The translations under genes and the position numbers were made by a program. A stretch of 64,000 nucleotides of DNA from Ferrovibrio terrae (GTDB taxonomy: Bacteria > Pseudomonadota > Alphaproteobacteria > Ferrovibrionales > Ferrovibrionaceae), in assembly GCF_943372915.1 (NCBI RefSeq), contig NZ_CALSAN010000010.1, forward strand, positions 68,891-132,890, in the 5' to 3' direction. Below are positions 19,714 to 29,317 of this stretch, one piece after another; within the stretch, counting starts at the first letter, position 1, and the number at the start of each line of letters is the position of its first letter. The notes beneath the pieces are model-generated. The model was not told the DNA's origin. It made no database searches and saw only the letters and a list, made by a program, of their open reading frames with translations.

Positions 19714-20543
19714 CGCAGCGCCTCCAGATAGCTACGCGCCGTCTTTGCATCGGCAATCCGGCGGCCCATCACGCCGGCGGCCTGCACCGTCTGGCGGATC
19801 AGGGCGGCATTGTCAGGTGCGGTGCTGCCGTCGCTGAGCAGGGTGTTGTTCTCGAAGCCTAGGCGCGCATGGCCATTCAGGCCAAGGGCTGTCAGCGCAC
19901 AGGCTGATTCCTTGGGCCCGAAGGCGCAGACGGCAAAGGCGCCATCAGTGTTGCTCCAGTCATGCATGAATGGCAGCAGGTCAGCAGGTTCCGAGCGCTG
20001 ACCGGCGGTGTAGCGGCCGAGCACGAACAGCACGAAATGCCGCTCGCCCGGAATGATGCCGCGGGCTTTCAGTTCGTGGAAACGCTGCACGTCGGTATCG
20101 GCGTAGAGGATATACTGCATCATCACACCGGCCTTGTAGAGCTCGGCGAGGAAGGCCGCGCCTTCCGCTTCGGCCTCTGCATCGGGCAGGATTTCGCGCA
20201 CGGCAAGGCTGCAGGCTTCAGGCATCAACGCGCGCATCGCCGCCATCTGTTCATGGCGGTTGTACACACCGGCCGCTTCAGAGGTGGCCTGGATGATCAG
20301 CGCATCGCCGGCCTCGCGTCGCACCGCCTTGATGGCGGCGCGGTAGAGATCCGCATCCAGCGAATGCCGGCCGCTGCCGGGTTCGCGCACATGCAGATGG
20401 ATCATGGTGGCGCCGGCATCCTGGCACTGCGCGGCGCAGACGCCGAGTTCATCGGCATTCAGCGGCACGGCCGGATGATCGGGCTTCAGTTTGCGGGCGC
20501 CGTTGGGGGCGACGGCAATGACGGCAGGCGTATCGCTGTGCAT
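19710..20543 (-). CDS. DUF849 / beta-keto acid cleavage enzyme (BKACE) family protein
   Basis: APNGAR..HPAVP, GATMIHLHVR (metal His pair), GHARLGFENN. Confidence 0.88.
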   Translation of the reverse strand: MHSDTPAVIAVAPNGARKLKPDHPAVPLNADELGVCAAQCQDAGATMIHLHVREPGSGRHSLDADLYRAAIKAVRREAGDALIIQATSEAAGVYNRHEQMAAMRALMPEACSLAVREILPDAEAEAEGAAFLAELYKAGVMMQYILYADTDVQRFHELKARGIIPGERHFVLFVLGRYTAGQRSEPADLLPFMHDWSNTDGAFAVCAFGPKESACALTALGLNGHARLGFENNTLLSDGSTAPDNAALIRQTVQAAGVMGRRIADAKTARSYLEALR

Positions 20544-21877
20544 CAGGCGACACCCTTCAGCACGGTGTCGACGGTATCGCCCAGTTTCTCGACGATCAGG
20601 TTGATGTCGTCCCTGGTGCAGATGAAGGGAGGTGCCAGCAGCACATGGTCACCATGCAGGCCATCGATGGTGCCGCCCATGGGATAGACCATCAGGCCGG
20701 CCTTCATCGCTTCCTGCTTGATGCGGGCATGTAGCTTCAGCTTCGGATCGAAGGTCGCCTTGCTGGCGCGGTCCTGCACCAGCTCGATGGCCTGGAACAG
20801 GCCGCGGCCACGAATGTCGCCGATATGGCGGTGATTGCCGAAGCGGTCCTGCAGACGATCCATCAGGTGGGTGCCCATCGCCTTCACATTGTCCAGCAGA
20901 TGGTCGCGCTCGATCACCTGCTGCACGGCCAGCGCGGCGGCACAGGCCATCGGATGGCCCAGATAGGTGTGGCCATGCTGGAAAAATCCGGAACCGGTCC
21001 TGAACGCATCGAAGATATGCTGGCCGAGCAGGATGGCGCCGATCGGCTGGTAGCCGCCGCCCAAGCCCTTGGCGATGGTCATGATATCGGGCGAGATGCC
21101 CTCCTGCTCACAGGCATGCAACGTGCCGGTGCGGCCCATGCCGCACATCACCTCATCCAGGATCAGCAGCACGCCATACTGGTCGCAGATCTCGCGGATG
21201 CGCTTGAAATAGCCCGGCGCGGCGGTGACGGCACCCAGCGTGGCACCCACCACCGGTTCGGCGACGAAGGCGATCACGCTGTCCTTGCCGAGTTCCAGGA
21301 TCTTGGCCTCCAGCTCGTTGGCGGCCCGCAGGCCATAGGCCTCCGCCGTCTCATTGGGCTGGCGGTCGCGGTATTCGAAGCAGGGCGCGATATGATGCGC
21401 CTCGATCAGCATCGGCGCGAATTGCTGGCGGCGCCAGGCATTGCCGCCGACCGACAGCGCGCCGACCGTGTTGCCGTGATAGCTCTGGCGCCGGGCAATG
21501 AAATGCTTGCGCTGCGGCTCGCCGCGCTCGACATGATACTGCCGCGCCATCTTCAGCGCGGCCTCGATGGCTTCCGAACCGCCCGACACGTAATAGACAT
21601 GGCTGATCCCCTTGGGTGCGGTCTCGATCAGTTTGTCCGCCAGCTTCTCGGCCGGCTCGGTGGTGAAGAAGCTGGTATGGGCAAAGGCCAGCTTGTCGGC
21701 TTGCTCATGCATGGCGCGGGTGATGTCGGGATGGCCATGGCCCAGGCAGCTCACCGCCGCGCCGCCGGAGGCATCGATATAACGCTTGCCGTCGGCATCG
21801 ATGATGCGGATGCCTTCACCGCCGACGGCGACCGGATAGGTGTGATTGATGCTGCGATGGAGAATGCGACTCGTCAT
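20543..21877 (-). CDS. Class III PLP-dependent aminotransferase
   Basis: YIDASGGAAV, SGGSEAIE, SYHGNT, AEPVVG, DEVMCGMGRTG, IAKGLGGGY (PLP Lys), GHTY. Confidence 0.92.
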   Translation of the reverse strand: MTSRILHRSINHTYPVAVGGEGIRIIDADGKRYIDASGGAAVSCLGHGHPDITRAMHEQADKLAFAHTSFFTTEPAEKLADKLIETAPKGISHVYYVSGGSEAIEAALKMARQYHVERGEPQRKHFIARRQSYHGNTVGALSVGGNAWRRQQFAPMLIEAHHIAPCFEYRDRQPNETAEAYGLRAANELEAKILELGKDSVIAFVAEPVVGATLGAVTAAPGYFKRIREICDQYGVLLILDEVMCGMGRTGTLHACEQEGISPDIMTIAKGLGGGYQPIGAILLGQHIFDAFRTGSGFFQHGHTYLGHPMACAAALAVQQVIERDHLLDNVKAMGTHLMDRLQDRFGNHRHIGDIRGRGLFQAIELVQDRASKATFDPKLKLHARIKQEAMKAGLMVYPMGGTIDGLHGDHVLLAPPFICTRDDINLIVEKLGDTVDTVLKGVA

Positions 21878-22803
21878 GAATTGGGCTTTCTGCGTTGCGG
21901 TCGGCGCGACCAATAGGTGGAAAAGGCGTCGAGTTGATGCTCGGCATTGCGGATGGCACTCAGGGCCTGTTCGCCGGCCCGCGCGGCCACCAGGGCAATC
22001 AGGGTTTCGGCAGCGGCAAAGGCCGGCGTGATGGCGTGGAAGAAGGACGGCGTCTCGGTCGGTATCAGGATGCTGGCGCGTGCCATCGCCGCCACCGGTG
22101 AAACACGGCTGTCGGTGATCGCCACAACGCTGACGCCGCGGCGGGCGGCATAGCTCGCCCGTTCCACCGCCGCCGTGGTGTAAGGGGCGACGCTCACCAC
22201 CAGCAGCACGTCCTCGGGCCCGGCATGACGCAGGGCATCAATGCCGGTATCGCCGGCGCCATCCAGCAGCACGCCGCTGTCGCGGAACAGGCCGTGGATG
22301 TAATGGGCATGGAAGGCGACGGCGTGGCAGGAACGCAGGCCGAGGAAATAGACCCGACGCGCTTTTTCCAGCAGGGCGGCGGCGGCAATCAGCGCGGCAC
22401 TGCCGGCCTCGTCATGGCTGCTAGCGATATGCTCAGCCATGGTCCAGCCGATCTGGGCGGCGAGTGCGCCATCGCCGCTCTGCTGCTGATGTTTCTGCAG
22501 CCGGCCGGCGCGATGGCTGAATTCGGCCGTATGGGGCGGGCGGCGCAATGCGCTGGCCTGCAGGTCCCGGAAGGCGGCGTAGTCGGCGAAGCCGAGCTGG
22601 CGCGCCAGCCGGGTCATGGTCACCGGCGGCACCCCGGCGCGACGGGCCTGCTCACGCATGGAGAGCAGGGCGACATCATCGGGATGCTCCAGCACGAACT
22701 GCGCTGCGGTCTGCAGCTGCGGCGGCAGGCCGGCAAAGGCCTGGGCGATGCGGTCGCTCAGCGAAACCTCGGGGGTAAGGGCGTCGGACCGGGTGGCGGG
22801 CAT
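21874..22803 (-). CDS. MurR/RpiR family transcriptional regulator
   Basis: LSMREQARRAGVPPVTMTRLARQLGF HTH plus SIS domain; 4-nt overlap with the aminotransferase start. Confidence 0.88.
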   Translation of the reverse strand: MPATRSDALTPEVSLSDRIAQAFAGLPPQLQTAAQFVLEHPDDVALLSMREQARRAGVPPVTMTRLARQLGFADYAAFRDLQASALRRPPHTAEFSHRAGRLQKHQQQSGDGALAAQIGWTMAEHIASSHDEAGSAALIAAAALLEKARRVYFLGLRSCHAVAFHAHYIHGLFRDSGVLLDGAGDTGIDALRHAGPEDVLLVVSVAPYTTAAVERASYAARRGVSVVAITDSRVSPVAAMARASILIPTETPSFFHAITPAFAAAETLIALVAARAGEQALSAIRNAEHQLDAFSTYWSRRPQRRKPNS

Positions 22804-22862
22804 GGCTGGATTGAACCGCAGGCCAGGCGAAGTTGCAACAATTGATTCTTATAAAACATCAA

Positions 22863-22878
22863 TGAAACAATCGTTCCA
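22863..22878. promoter_or_regulatory. Candidate RpiR operator
   Basis: Imperfect inverted repeat TGAAAC-aatc-GTTCCA in the AT-rich divergent promoter region. Confidence 0.35.
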
Positions 22879-22983
22879 GTGGACCCGTAATTGCCAAATC
22901 CGGACACGGGGAGGGAATCCCGGCTTGCCGGGGGCCGATAAGCAGGGCTTATAGTCTGGCGGAAAATTCCGGAGTTCAGGGTC

Positions 22984-23892
22984 ATGGCCGATCTGCGCAA
23001 TCTCGAAACCTTCGTCTGGGTTGCCCATCTTGGTGGCTTTCGCGCCGCTGCCGACAAGCTCAACGCCACCCAGCCGGCCGTCTCCCAGCGCATCGCACTG
23101 CTCGAATCCGAACTGGGTGTGAAACTGTTCGACCGTGAACCGCGCGGCATCGCGCTCACCTCGAAAGGCAACGAGCTGCTGCCTTATGCCGAACGCATGC
23201 TGCAGTTGCGCGCCGACCTGCTGCATGCAGCGCGCGAGAAGAAAGCGATGCGTGGCATCGTGCGGCTCGGCGTGGCCGAGACCATCGTGCACACCTGGCT
23301 GTCAAAGCTGATCGAGCGCATGCACGGGGTATATCCCGCACTGACCCTCGAGATCGAGGTCGATACCTCGCCGCTGCTGCGCGAACGGTTGTTGTCGCAT
23401 CAGCTCGATATTGCCTTCGTCCTAGGGCCGATCAGCGAACCGCGCATGAAAAACGTGGCTTTATCGAGCTACCCGCTGGCCTGGGTCGCCAGTCCGACGC
23501 TCGATCTAGGCGGCGATCCGGTACCGCTGTCCACACTGGCGCGCTGGCCGATCATCACCTATCCGCGCAACACGCGGCCCTATATCACGATCCGTGAAAT
23601 GATGACCCGGCATGACATGCCCGCGCTGCGGATGTATGGCAATGCCTCGCTCTCCACCATTGTGCGCATGACATTGGATGGCATCGGCATCTCGGCGATT
23701 CCGCCGCTGGTGATCCGGCGCGAACTGACGGAAAAGCGCCTGCGTCTGGTCAATGCCGAACAGAATCTGCCCGATCTCAATTTCCATGCCTGTTATCCCG
23801 TCAAACCCGACAGTTATCTGGCAGAAGCGGTAACCGAGATCGCCCGCGAGATGGCGGCGGCGGAAGCCAAGCGCCGCGAACGCCGCCAATAA
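22984..23892 (+). CDS. LysR family transcriptional regulator
   Basis: LRNLETFVWVAHLGGFRAAADKLNATQPAVSQRI HTH. Confidence 0.92.
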   Translation: MADLRNLETFVWVAHLGGFRAAADKLNATQPAVSQRIALLESELGVKLFDREPRGIALTSKGNELLPYAERMLQLRADLLHAAREKKAMRGIVRLGVAETIVHTWLSKLIERMHGVYPALTLEIEVDTSPLLRERLLSHQLDIAFVLGPISEPRMKNVALSSYPLAWVASPTLDLGGDPVPLSTLARWPIITYPRNTRPYITIREMMTRHDMPALRMYGNASLSTIVRMTLDGIGISAIPPLVIRRELTEKRLRLVNAEQNLPDLNFHACYPVKPDSYLAEAVTEIAREMAAAEAKRRERRQ

Positions 23893-23915
23893 AAGCGGCG
23901 ATGGCCTGAAAAACA

Positions 23916-23938
23916 GCCGATAAGAATTTCTTATCGGC
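23916..23938. promoter_or_regulatory. Perfect palindrome containing a LysR T-N11-A box upstream of the DUF1445-TRAP-pxp operon
   Basis: GCCGATAAGAA-T-TTCTTATCGGC, 11-bp arms. Confidence 0.65.
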
Positions 23939-24009
23939 CCCCATCGGAACTCGCGATTGGACAGTCACACGCCCGTCATGATGCCATGGCCGGCAGACAG
24001 GAGGGCGGC

Positions 24010-24813
24010 ATGAACGCGATTGCTTCGGGAACCATCTATGCCAGCGGCCGTGCGGCGCGGCAGGCCATCCGGCGTGGCGACCATCGCGGCCCCACCGCCG
24101 GGATTGCGCCGGGTTTCGTGCAGGGCAATCTGGCCATCCTGCCCAAGGCCCTGGCCGACGATTTCTTCCGTTTCTGCCAGTTCAACCCCAAGCCCTGCCC
24201 TCTGCTGGCCGCCAGCGAACCCGGCGATCCGCGCCTGCCCAGCCTGGGCGAGGATCTCGATATCCGCACCGACCTGCCGCTCTATCGCGTCTGGCGTGAC
24301 GGTAAGCTGGTCGAGGAAGTGCCCGATCTGAAAGCCGTGTGGCGCGATGACCTGGTGGCCTTCCTGATCGGCTGCTCGTTTTCTTTCGAGGAAGCGCTGC
24401 TCGAGGACGGCATCCCGCTGCGCCATATTGCGGCCGGCACCAATGTGCCGATGTATCGCACCAATATCGAAACCACGCCGGCGGGACCCTTCCATGGCCC
24501 GCTGGTGGTGTCGATGCGGCCGTTGAAGCCGGCCGATGCGATCCGCGCCGTGCAGATCACTTCGCGCTTTCCCGCCGTGCATGGCGCGCCGGTGCATCTG
24601 GGCAAGCCGGAACTGTTGGGCATCAAGGATATCGCGAAACCTGACTATGGCGACCCGGTCGAGGTCAAGGCTGACGAACTGCCGGTCTTCTGGGCCTGCG
24701 GCGTCACGCCCCAGTCGGTGATCGCCACTGTCAAACCGGATTTCTGCATCACCCATGCGCCAGGGCACATGCTGGTGACCGATCTGAAGAACAGTCGTTT
24801 GGCAATTCTGTAA
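24010..24813 (+). CDS. DUF1445 putative hydro-lyase (D-glutamate cyclase/YcsI family)
   Basis: [56 protein letters not shown]; GAGGG RBS. Confidence 0.88.
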   Translation: MNAIASGTIYASGRAARQAIRRGDHRGPTAGIAPGFVQGNLAILPKALADDFFRFCQFNPKPCPLLAASEPGDPRLPSLGEDLDIRTDLPLYRVWRDGKLVEEVPDLKAVWRDDLVAFLIGCSFSFEEALLEDGIPLRHIAAGTNVPMYRTNIETTPAGPFHGPLVVSMRPLKPADAIRAVQITSRFPAVHGAPVHLGKPELLGIKDIAKPDYGDPVEVKADELPVFWACGVTPQSVIATVKPDFCITHAPGHMLVTDLKNSRLAIL

Positions 24814-24833
24814 TCCATAACGGAGGGGACGAG

Positions 24834-25892
24834 ATGAAGACTATGATGAAGACGCTCGCGCTTGCGGGTGTTGTCGCTGTCGGCCTGTCGGGTGCGGCAG
24901 TCGCGCAGGATATGCCGAAGACGCCGCTGAAGGTGGTGGGTGCCTGGGGCAACCTGACCCAGTACAAGAGCTACGAGCAGCCGTTCTGGACCAAGGAGAT
25001 CACCGAGAAGTCCAAGGGTGCGGTCACCGCCGAGATTACCCCGTTCAACGAAATGGGTCTCAAGGGCGCCGAGATTTTCCGCCTGATGCGTCTTGGCGTG
25101 ATCGATTTCGGCTCTACCGTGCTCGGCTATGTCGCGGCGGACGATGCCCGCAACGAGGCCGTCGACCTTGCCGGCCTAGCGCCGGATGTCGAAACCGCCC
25201 GCAAGGTGTCGGACGCCTACAAGCCGGTCTATGACAAGTTCTATCGTGAGCGCTTCGGCGTGCAGGTGCTCGGCATCTGGCCCTATTCGGCCCAGGTGCT
25301 GTTCTGCAATGGCGAGATCAAGGGCCTGTCCGACCTCAAGGGCAAGAAGGTGCGCACAGGTAACCGCACGCTGGCTGAATTCGTCGAGGCTTTTGGCGGC
25401 ACTGGCGTAACGCTGGCCTTCAACGAGGTCGTGCCTGCCCTGCAGAACAAGGTGGTCGATTGCGCCATCACCGGCACCCTGTCGGGCAACTCTGCCAAGT
25501 GGAACGAGGTCTCGACGCATATCTATGCCCTGCCGCTCGGCTGGAGCCATGTGATGCATGCGGTCAATATCAAGACCTGGGACAAGCTCGACCCGAAGGT
25601 GCGCACGTTCCTGCAGGCTGAGATCAAGGGCCTGGAAGATCGAATCTGGAAGGCGGCCGCCGAGGAAACTCAGCAGGGCTATGACTGCAACGCCGGCAAG
25701 GACAGCTGCACCATGGGCACCAAGGCCAAGATGACCGTTGTGCCGGTTACCGATGCCGACAAGGCGCTGCTGAAGAAGGCGATGACCGAAACCGTCGTGC
25801 CGAAATGGGCCGCCCGCTGTGCCGGCGACTGCGTCCCGGCCTGGAACGACAGCATCGGCAAGATCGTCGGCATCACCGCCAAGGCCAACTGA
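24834..25892 (+). CDS. TRAP transporter DctP-type solute-binding protein
   Basis: Signal peptide, DLKGKKVRT (conserved Arg), FNEVVPALQNKVVD. Confidence 0.88.
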   Translation: MKTMMKTLALAGVVAVGLSGAAVAQDMPKTPLKVVGAWGNLTQYKSYEQPFWTKEITEKSKGAVTAEITPFNEMGLKGAEIFRLMRLGVIDFGSTVLGYVAADDARNEAVDLAGLAPDVETARKVSDAYKPVYDKFYRERFGVQVLGIWPYSAQVLFCNGEIKGLSDLKGKKVRTGNRTLAEFVEAFGGTGVTLAFNEVVPALQNKVVDCAITGTLSGNSAKWNEVSTHIYALPLGWSHVMHAVNIKTWDKLDPKVRTFLQAEIKGLEDRIWKAAAEETQQGYDCNAGKDSCTMGTKAKMTVVPVTDADKALLKKAMTETVVPKWAARCAGDCVPAWNDSIGKIVGITAKAN

Positions 25893-25960
25893 TCCACCTC
25901 TCCTCCATGGGCGGGGCCGTGTTCTGCACGGTCCCGCTTACGACTATCCGGGGTATTCCA

Positions 25961-26578
25961 ATGATCCTGCTGCTCGATCGCTGGCTCGGCTTTGCCGATC
26001 GCCTGTCCCGTTATGCCATCTGGATCGGCGGCACGCTGGTTCTGGCCTCGGCCATCCTGGTTTCGGTCGACGTTATCCTGCGCAAGCTGTTGCTGGTCTC
26101 GCTCGGTGGCGCGGATGAACTGTCCGGCTATGCCTTCGCCATCGGCACCACCTGGGCCCTGGCCTTCACACTGCTGCGTCGGGCCAATGTGCGCGTCGAT
26201 GCACTCTATATTCATCTGCCGCGCGTCATCTGCGCCATACTCGATATTCTTGCCCTGGCCGCCCTGGGGGGCTTCCTTGCACTGCTGACCTGGCAGGCCT
26301 GGGATGTGCTGGGCACTTCGCTGGCCTTCACTGCGCGGGCCACCACACCGCTGCAAACACCGCTTTGGATTCCGCAATCGCTTTGGCTGACTGGCCTGGT
26401 GCTGTTCCTTTTCACCATCACACCGTTGCTGCTGCGCAGCCTGTTTGCGCTGCTCGGCGGCGATCTGGCCAAGGTACGCAGCCTGGCCGGTGCCCGCACG
26501 ATTGAAGAAGACGCGGCCGACGAAGCCGCCCATACGGCCACTATCAAACCGGCCGCCAGCCTCAAGCCGCAGGACTGA
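25961..26578 (+). CDS. TRAP transporter small permease (DctQ)
   Basis: ELSGYAF, NVRVD, 4 TM, TPLWIPQ. Confidence 0.85.
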   Translation: MILLLDRWLGFADRLSRYAIWIGGTLVLASAILVSVDVILRKLLLVSLGGADELSGYAFAIGTTWALAFTLLRRANVRVDALYIHLPRVICAILDILALAALGGFLALLTWQAWDVLGTSLAFTARATTPLQTPLWIPQSLWLTGLVLFLFTITPLLLRSLFALLGGDLAKVRSLAGARTIEEDAADEAAHTATIKPAASLKPQD

Positions 26579-26581
26579 CCC

Positions 26582-27865
26582 ATGCTTGGCACAACGCTTT
26601 TCCTCCTGCTCGCATTGCTGGCTGCGGCCCTGCCGGTTGCCGGCGCGCTCGGCATGCTCGGCCTGCTGCTCGACAAGCTCTATTCCAAGATGCCGCTCAG
26701 CCTAGCCTTGGGCGAAGTGGCCTGGTCGTCGTCGAAAGACTTCCTGCTGGTTTCGATTCCGATGTTCATCCTGCTGGGTGAGATTCTGCTGCGGGCCGGC
26801 GTTGCCGAACGCATGTACGGCGCCATGGTGAAGTGGCTGTCGTGGATTCCGGGCGGCCTGATGCATTCCAACATCGGGGCCTGTGCGATCTTTGCTGCCA
26901 CCTCGGGCTCGTCCGTGGCTACGGCCGCCACGGTCGGTACCGTGGCTTTGCCGCTGGTGAAAAAGCATGGTTACAACGAACGCCTGTTTCTGGGTACGCT
27001 GGCGGCCGGCGGCACCTTGGGCATCCTGATTCCGCCGTCGATCAACATGATCATTTATGCCGTGCTGACCGATACATCGATCCCGAAGCTGTATCTTGCC
27101 GGTATCATTCCCGGTCTTGGCCTGGCAGGCCTGTTCATGCTGATGGTTGCTGTCTTCTGTCTGGTCAAACCGGAATGGGGTGGCAAGACGGTGTCGGTCG
27201 GCTGGGGCGAGCGCTTTGCCAGCCTGGTCGACCTGCTGCCGCCACTGGGCATTTTCCTGGTCGTGGTCGGTTCGATCTATGCCGGTCTGGCAACCCCCAC
27301 CGAGGCCGCCTCGCTTGGCGTCGTTGCGGCACTGGGTCTGGCCGCGGCTTACGGACGGCTATCCATCGCCATGCTGAAAGAGGTGATGGAAAACACCATG
27401 CGCACCACGGCGATGGTCATGCTGATCATCGTGGCCGCCTATTTCCTCAACTTCATCATCTCGGCGATCGGCCTCACCACCATGCTCACCGACTATATCG
27501 CGGGCCTCGGCCTGTCGAAATTCCAGATGCTGGTGGCCATCGTGATCTTTTATCTGATCCTGGGCTGCTTCATGGAAACACTGTCCATGATGATCACGAC
27601 GATCCCGATCGTGGCGCCGGTGATGTTCGGCCTCGGGTTTGACCCGATCTGGTTTGGCATTATCATCATTATCCTGATCGAGATGGCGCTGATCACCCCG
27701 CCTGTCGGGTTGAATCTCTTTGTCGTGCAGTCGCTGCGCAAGCATGGCACACTGAACGATGTGATCATCGGTTCGGCGCCATTTGTCGTGATCATGGTTC
27801 TGCTGATTGCCCTGCTGACGCTTTTCCCCGGTATTGCTCTCTGGCTGCCCACCACCTTCGGCTAA
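26582..27865 (+). CDS. TRAP transporter large permease (DctM)
   Basis: IPMFILLGEIL, SGSSVATAA, GGTLGILIPPS, TPTEAA, LITPPVGLNLFV. Confidence 0.92.
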   Translation: MLGTTLFLLLALLAAALPVAGALGMLGLLLDKLYSKMPLSLALGEVAWSSSKDFLLVSIPMFILLGEILLRAGVAERMYGAMVKWLSWIPGGLMHSNIGACAIFAATSGSSVATAATVGTVALPLVKKHGYNERLFLGTLAAGGTLGILIPPSINMIIYAVLTDTSIPKLYLAGIIPGLGLAGLFMLMVAVFCLVKPEWGGKTVSVGWGERFASLVDLLPPLGIFLVVVGSIYAGLATPTEAASLGVVAALGLAAAYGRLSIAMLKEVMENTMRTTAMVMLIIVAAYFLNFIISAIGLTTMLTDYIAGLGLSKFQMLVAIVIFYLILGCFMETLSMMITTIPIVAPVMFGLGFDPIWFGIIIIILIEMALITPPVGLNLFVVQSLRKHGTLNDVIIGSAPFVVIMVLLIALLTLFPGIALWLPTTFG

Positions 27866-27877
27866 GTCAAAGGATTC

Positions 27878-28564
27878 ATGGATATGCTGACCTTCGACCG
27901 TTTCTGGCAGGATCGCCGCGACCGCGTTTCCGTGCAGATCGATACCCTGATTGTTGCGGGCTGGGCCGGCCGCGATGCCCATGCCATTGAGCACCATATC
28001 GAGGAACTGGCTGCCATTGGCGTGCCGCGCCCCTCCTCGGTGCCGCTGTTCTACCGCATCGGCACTGGCCAGCTGATGCAGACCACACACCTGCAGGTGC
28101 TGGGCCCCGATACCTCGGGCGAGGTCGAGCCCGTGGTGGTTTCGCTGGCGGATGGCCTCTGGGTCACGGTCGGTTCCGACCATACTGATCGCAAGGCCGA
28201 GTCCATGGGCGTCGCTCTGTCGAAGCAGCTCTGCTCGAAAGTGCTCGGCAACGGCCTGTGGCGTTACGAAGAGGTGCTGCCGCACTGGGACAGCCTGATC
28301 CTGCGTGCCTGGGCCACCATCGACGGCCAGCGCGTGCTGTACCAGGAAGGGCCGGTCTCCGGTCTGCGCAGTCCGGCCGATCTGATGCAGCGCTACAGCA
28401 ATGCCGCCACCCTGCCGCCCGGCAGCCTGATGTTCGGCGGCACCATCGGCGCCATCGGCGGCATCCGGGCCGGTAGCCGGTTCGAGATGGAACTGGAAGA
28501 CCCGGTGCTCAAGCGCAAACTCAATCATGCCTACGATATCGAGGCTTTGCCGGTTGTCGCCTGA
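27878..28564 (+). CDS. DUF2848 protein (FAH-hydrolase-like fold)
   Basis: LIVAGWAGRD, HIEELAAIGV, TSGEVE, GSDHTDR, SKQLC. Confidence 0.78.
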   Translation: MDMLTFDRFWQDRRDRVSVQIDTLIVAGWAGRDAHAIEHHIEELAAIGVPRPSSVPLFYRIGTGQLMQTTHLQVLGPDTSGEVEPVVVSLADGLWVTVGSDHTDRKAESMGVALSKQLCSKVLGNGLWRYEEVLPHWDSLILRAWATIDGQRVLYQEGPVSGLRSPADLMQRYSNAATLPPGSLMFGGTIGAIGGIRAGSRFEMELEDPVLKRKLNHAYDIEALPVVA

Positions 28565-28588
28565 TCGGCGCCATTCTATGACTGCGGT

Positions 28589-29317
28589 ATGAGCGCCTAT
28601 CCCCAGATTCGGTCTTTCGGCGATACCGGTTTCAGCGTCGAATTCGGCGATGGCATCGACCGCGGCGTCAATGCCATGGTGATGGCGCTGCATGCCGCGC
28701 TGGGCGAGGTGAAGCCGGTGGGTTTGGTCGAAACCATTCCGTCCTTCCGCGCCCTGCTGGTGCAGTATGACCCCCTGGCGACATCGCGGGCTGATCTTGA
28801 GGCGCAGGTGCGTGGCCTGCTGGACGGGCTGAAACCGCAGCAGCGCGCCGGGCGGCTCTGGCGTCTGCCGGTCTGCTATGCCGCCGAATTTGGGCCCGAT
28901 CTGAATGAAGTGGCCGAACGCTGCAAGCTGACGCCGGATCAGGTAGTCGGCATTCATACCGGCGGGCGGTTCTTTGTCTACATGCTCGGTTTCATGCCTG
29001 GTCTCGCCTATATGGGCGGCCTGGATGCGGCGCTGCATCTGCCGCGACGCAGTTCGCCGCGCACCAAGGTGCCGCAGGGCTCGGTCGCCATCGCCGAATC
29101 AATGACCACCATTTACCCGTGGGAAAGCCCCGGCGGCTGGCATCTGCTGGGTCGCACGCCCCTGCGCCTGTTCGATGCCGCCCGGCCCGAGCCGATCCTG
29201 CTCGCCGCTGGCGACGAGGTCACCTATTTCGCCATCTCCACCGGTGACTATGCCGCCATGCTGGCGCAGGTGGAGCAGGGAGCCTTTGATTATGCAGCGC
29301 TCAGGGTGAAGGCATGA
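28589..29317 (+). CDS. pxpB: 5-oxoprolinase subunit B
   Basis: GPDL, YMLGFMPGLAYMG, PRRSSPR, GSVAI, SPGGWHLLGRTP. Confidence 0.9.
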   Translation: MSAYPQIRSFGDTGFSVEFGDGIDRGVNAMVMALHAALGEVKPVGLVETIPSFRALLVQYDPLATSRADLEAQVRGLLDGLKPQQRAGRLWRLPVCYAAEFGPDLNEVAERCKLTPDQVVGIHTGGRFFVYMLGFMPGLAYMGGLDAALHLPRRSSPRTKVPQGSVAIAESMTTIYPWESPGGWHLLGRTPLRLFDAARPEPILLAAGDEVTYFAISTGDYAAMLAQVEQGAFDYAALRVKA

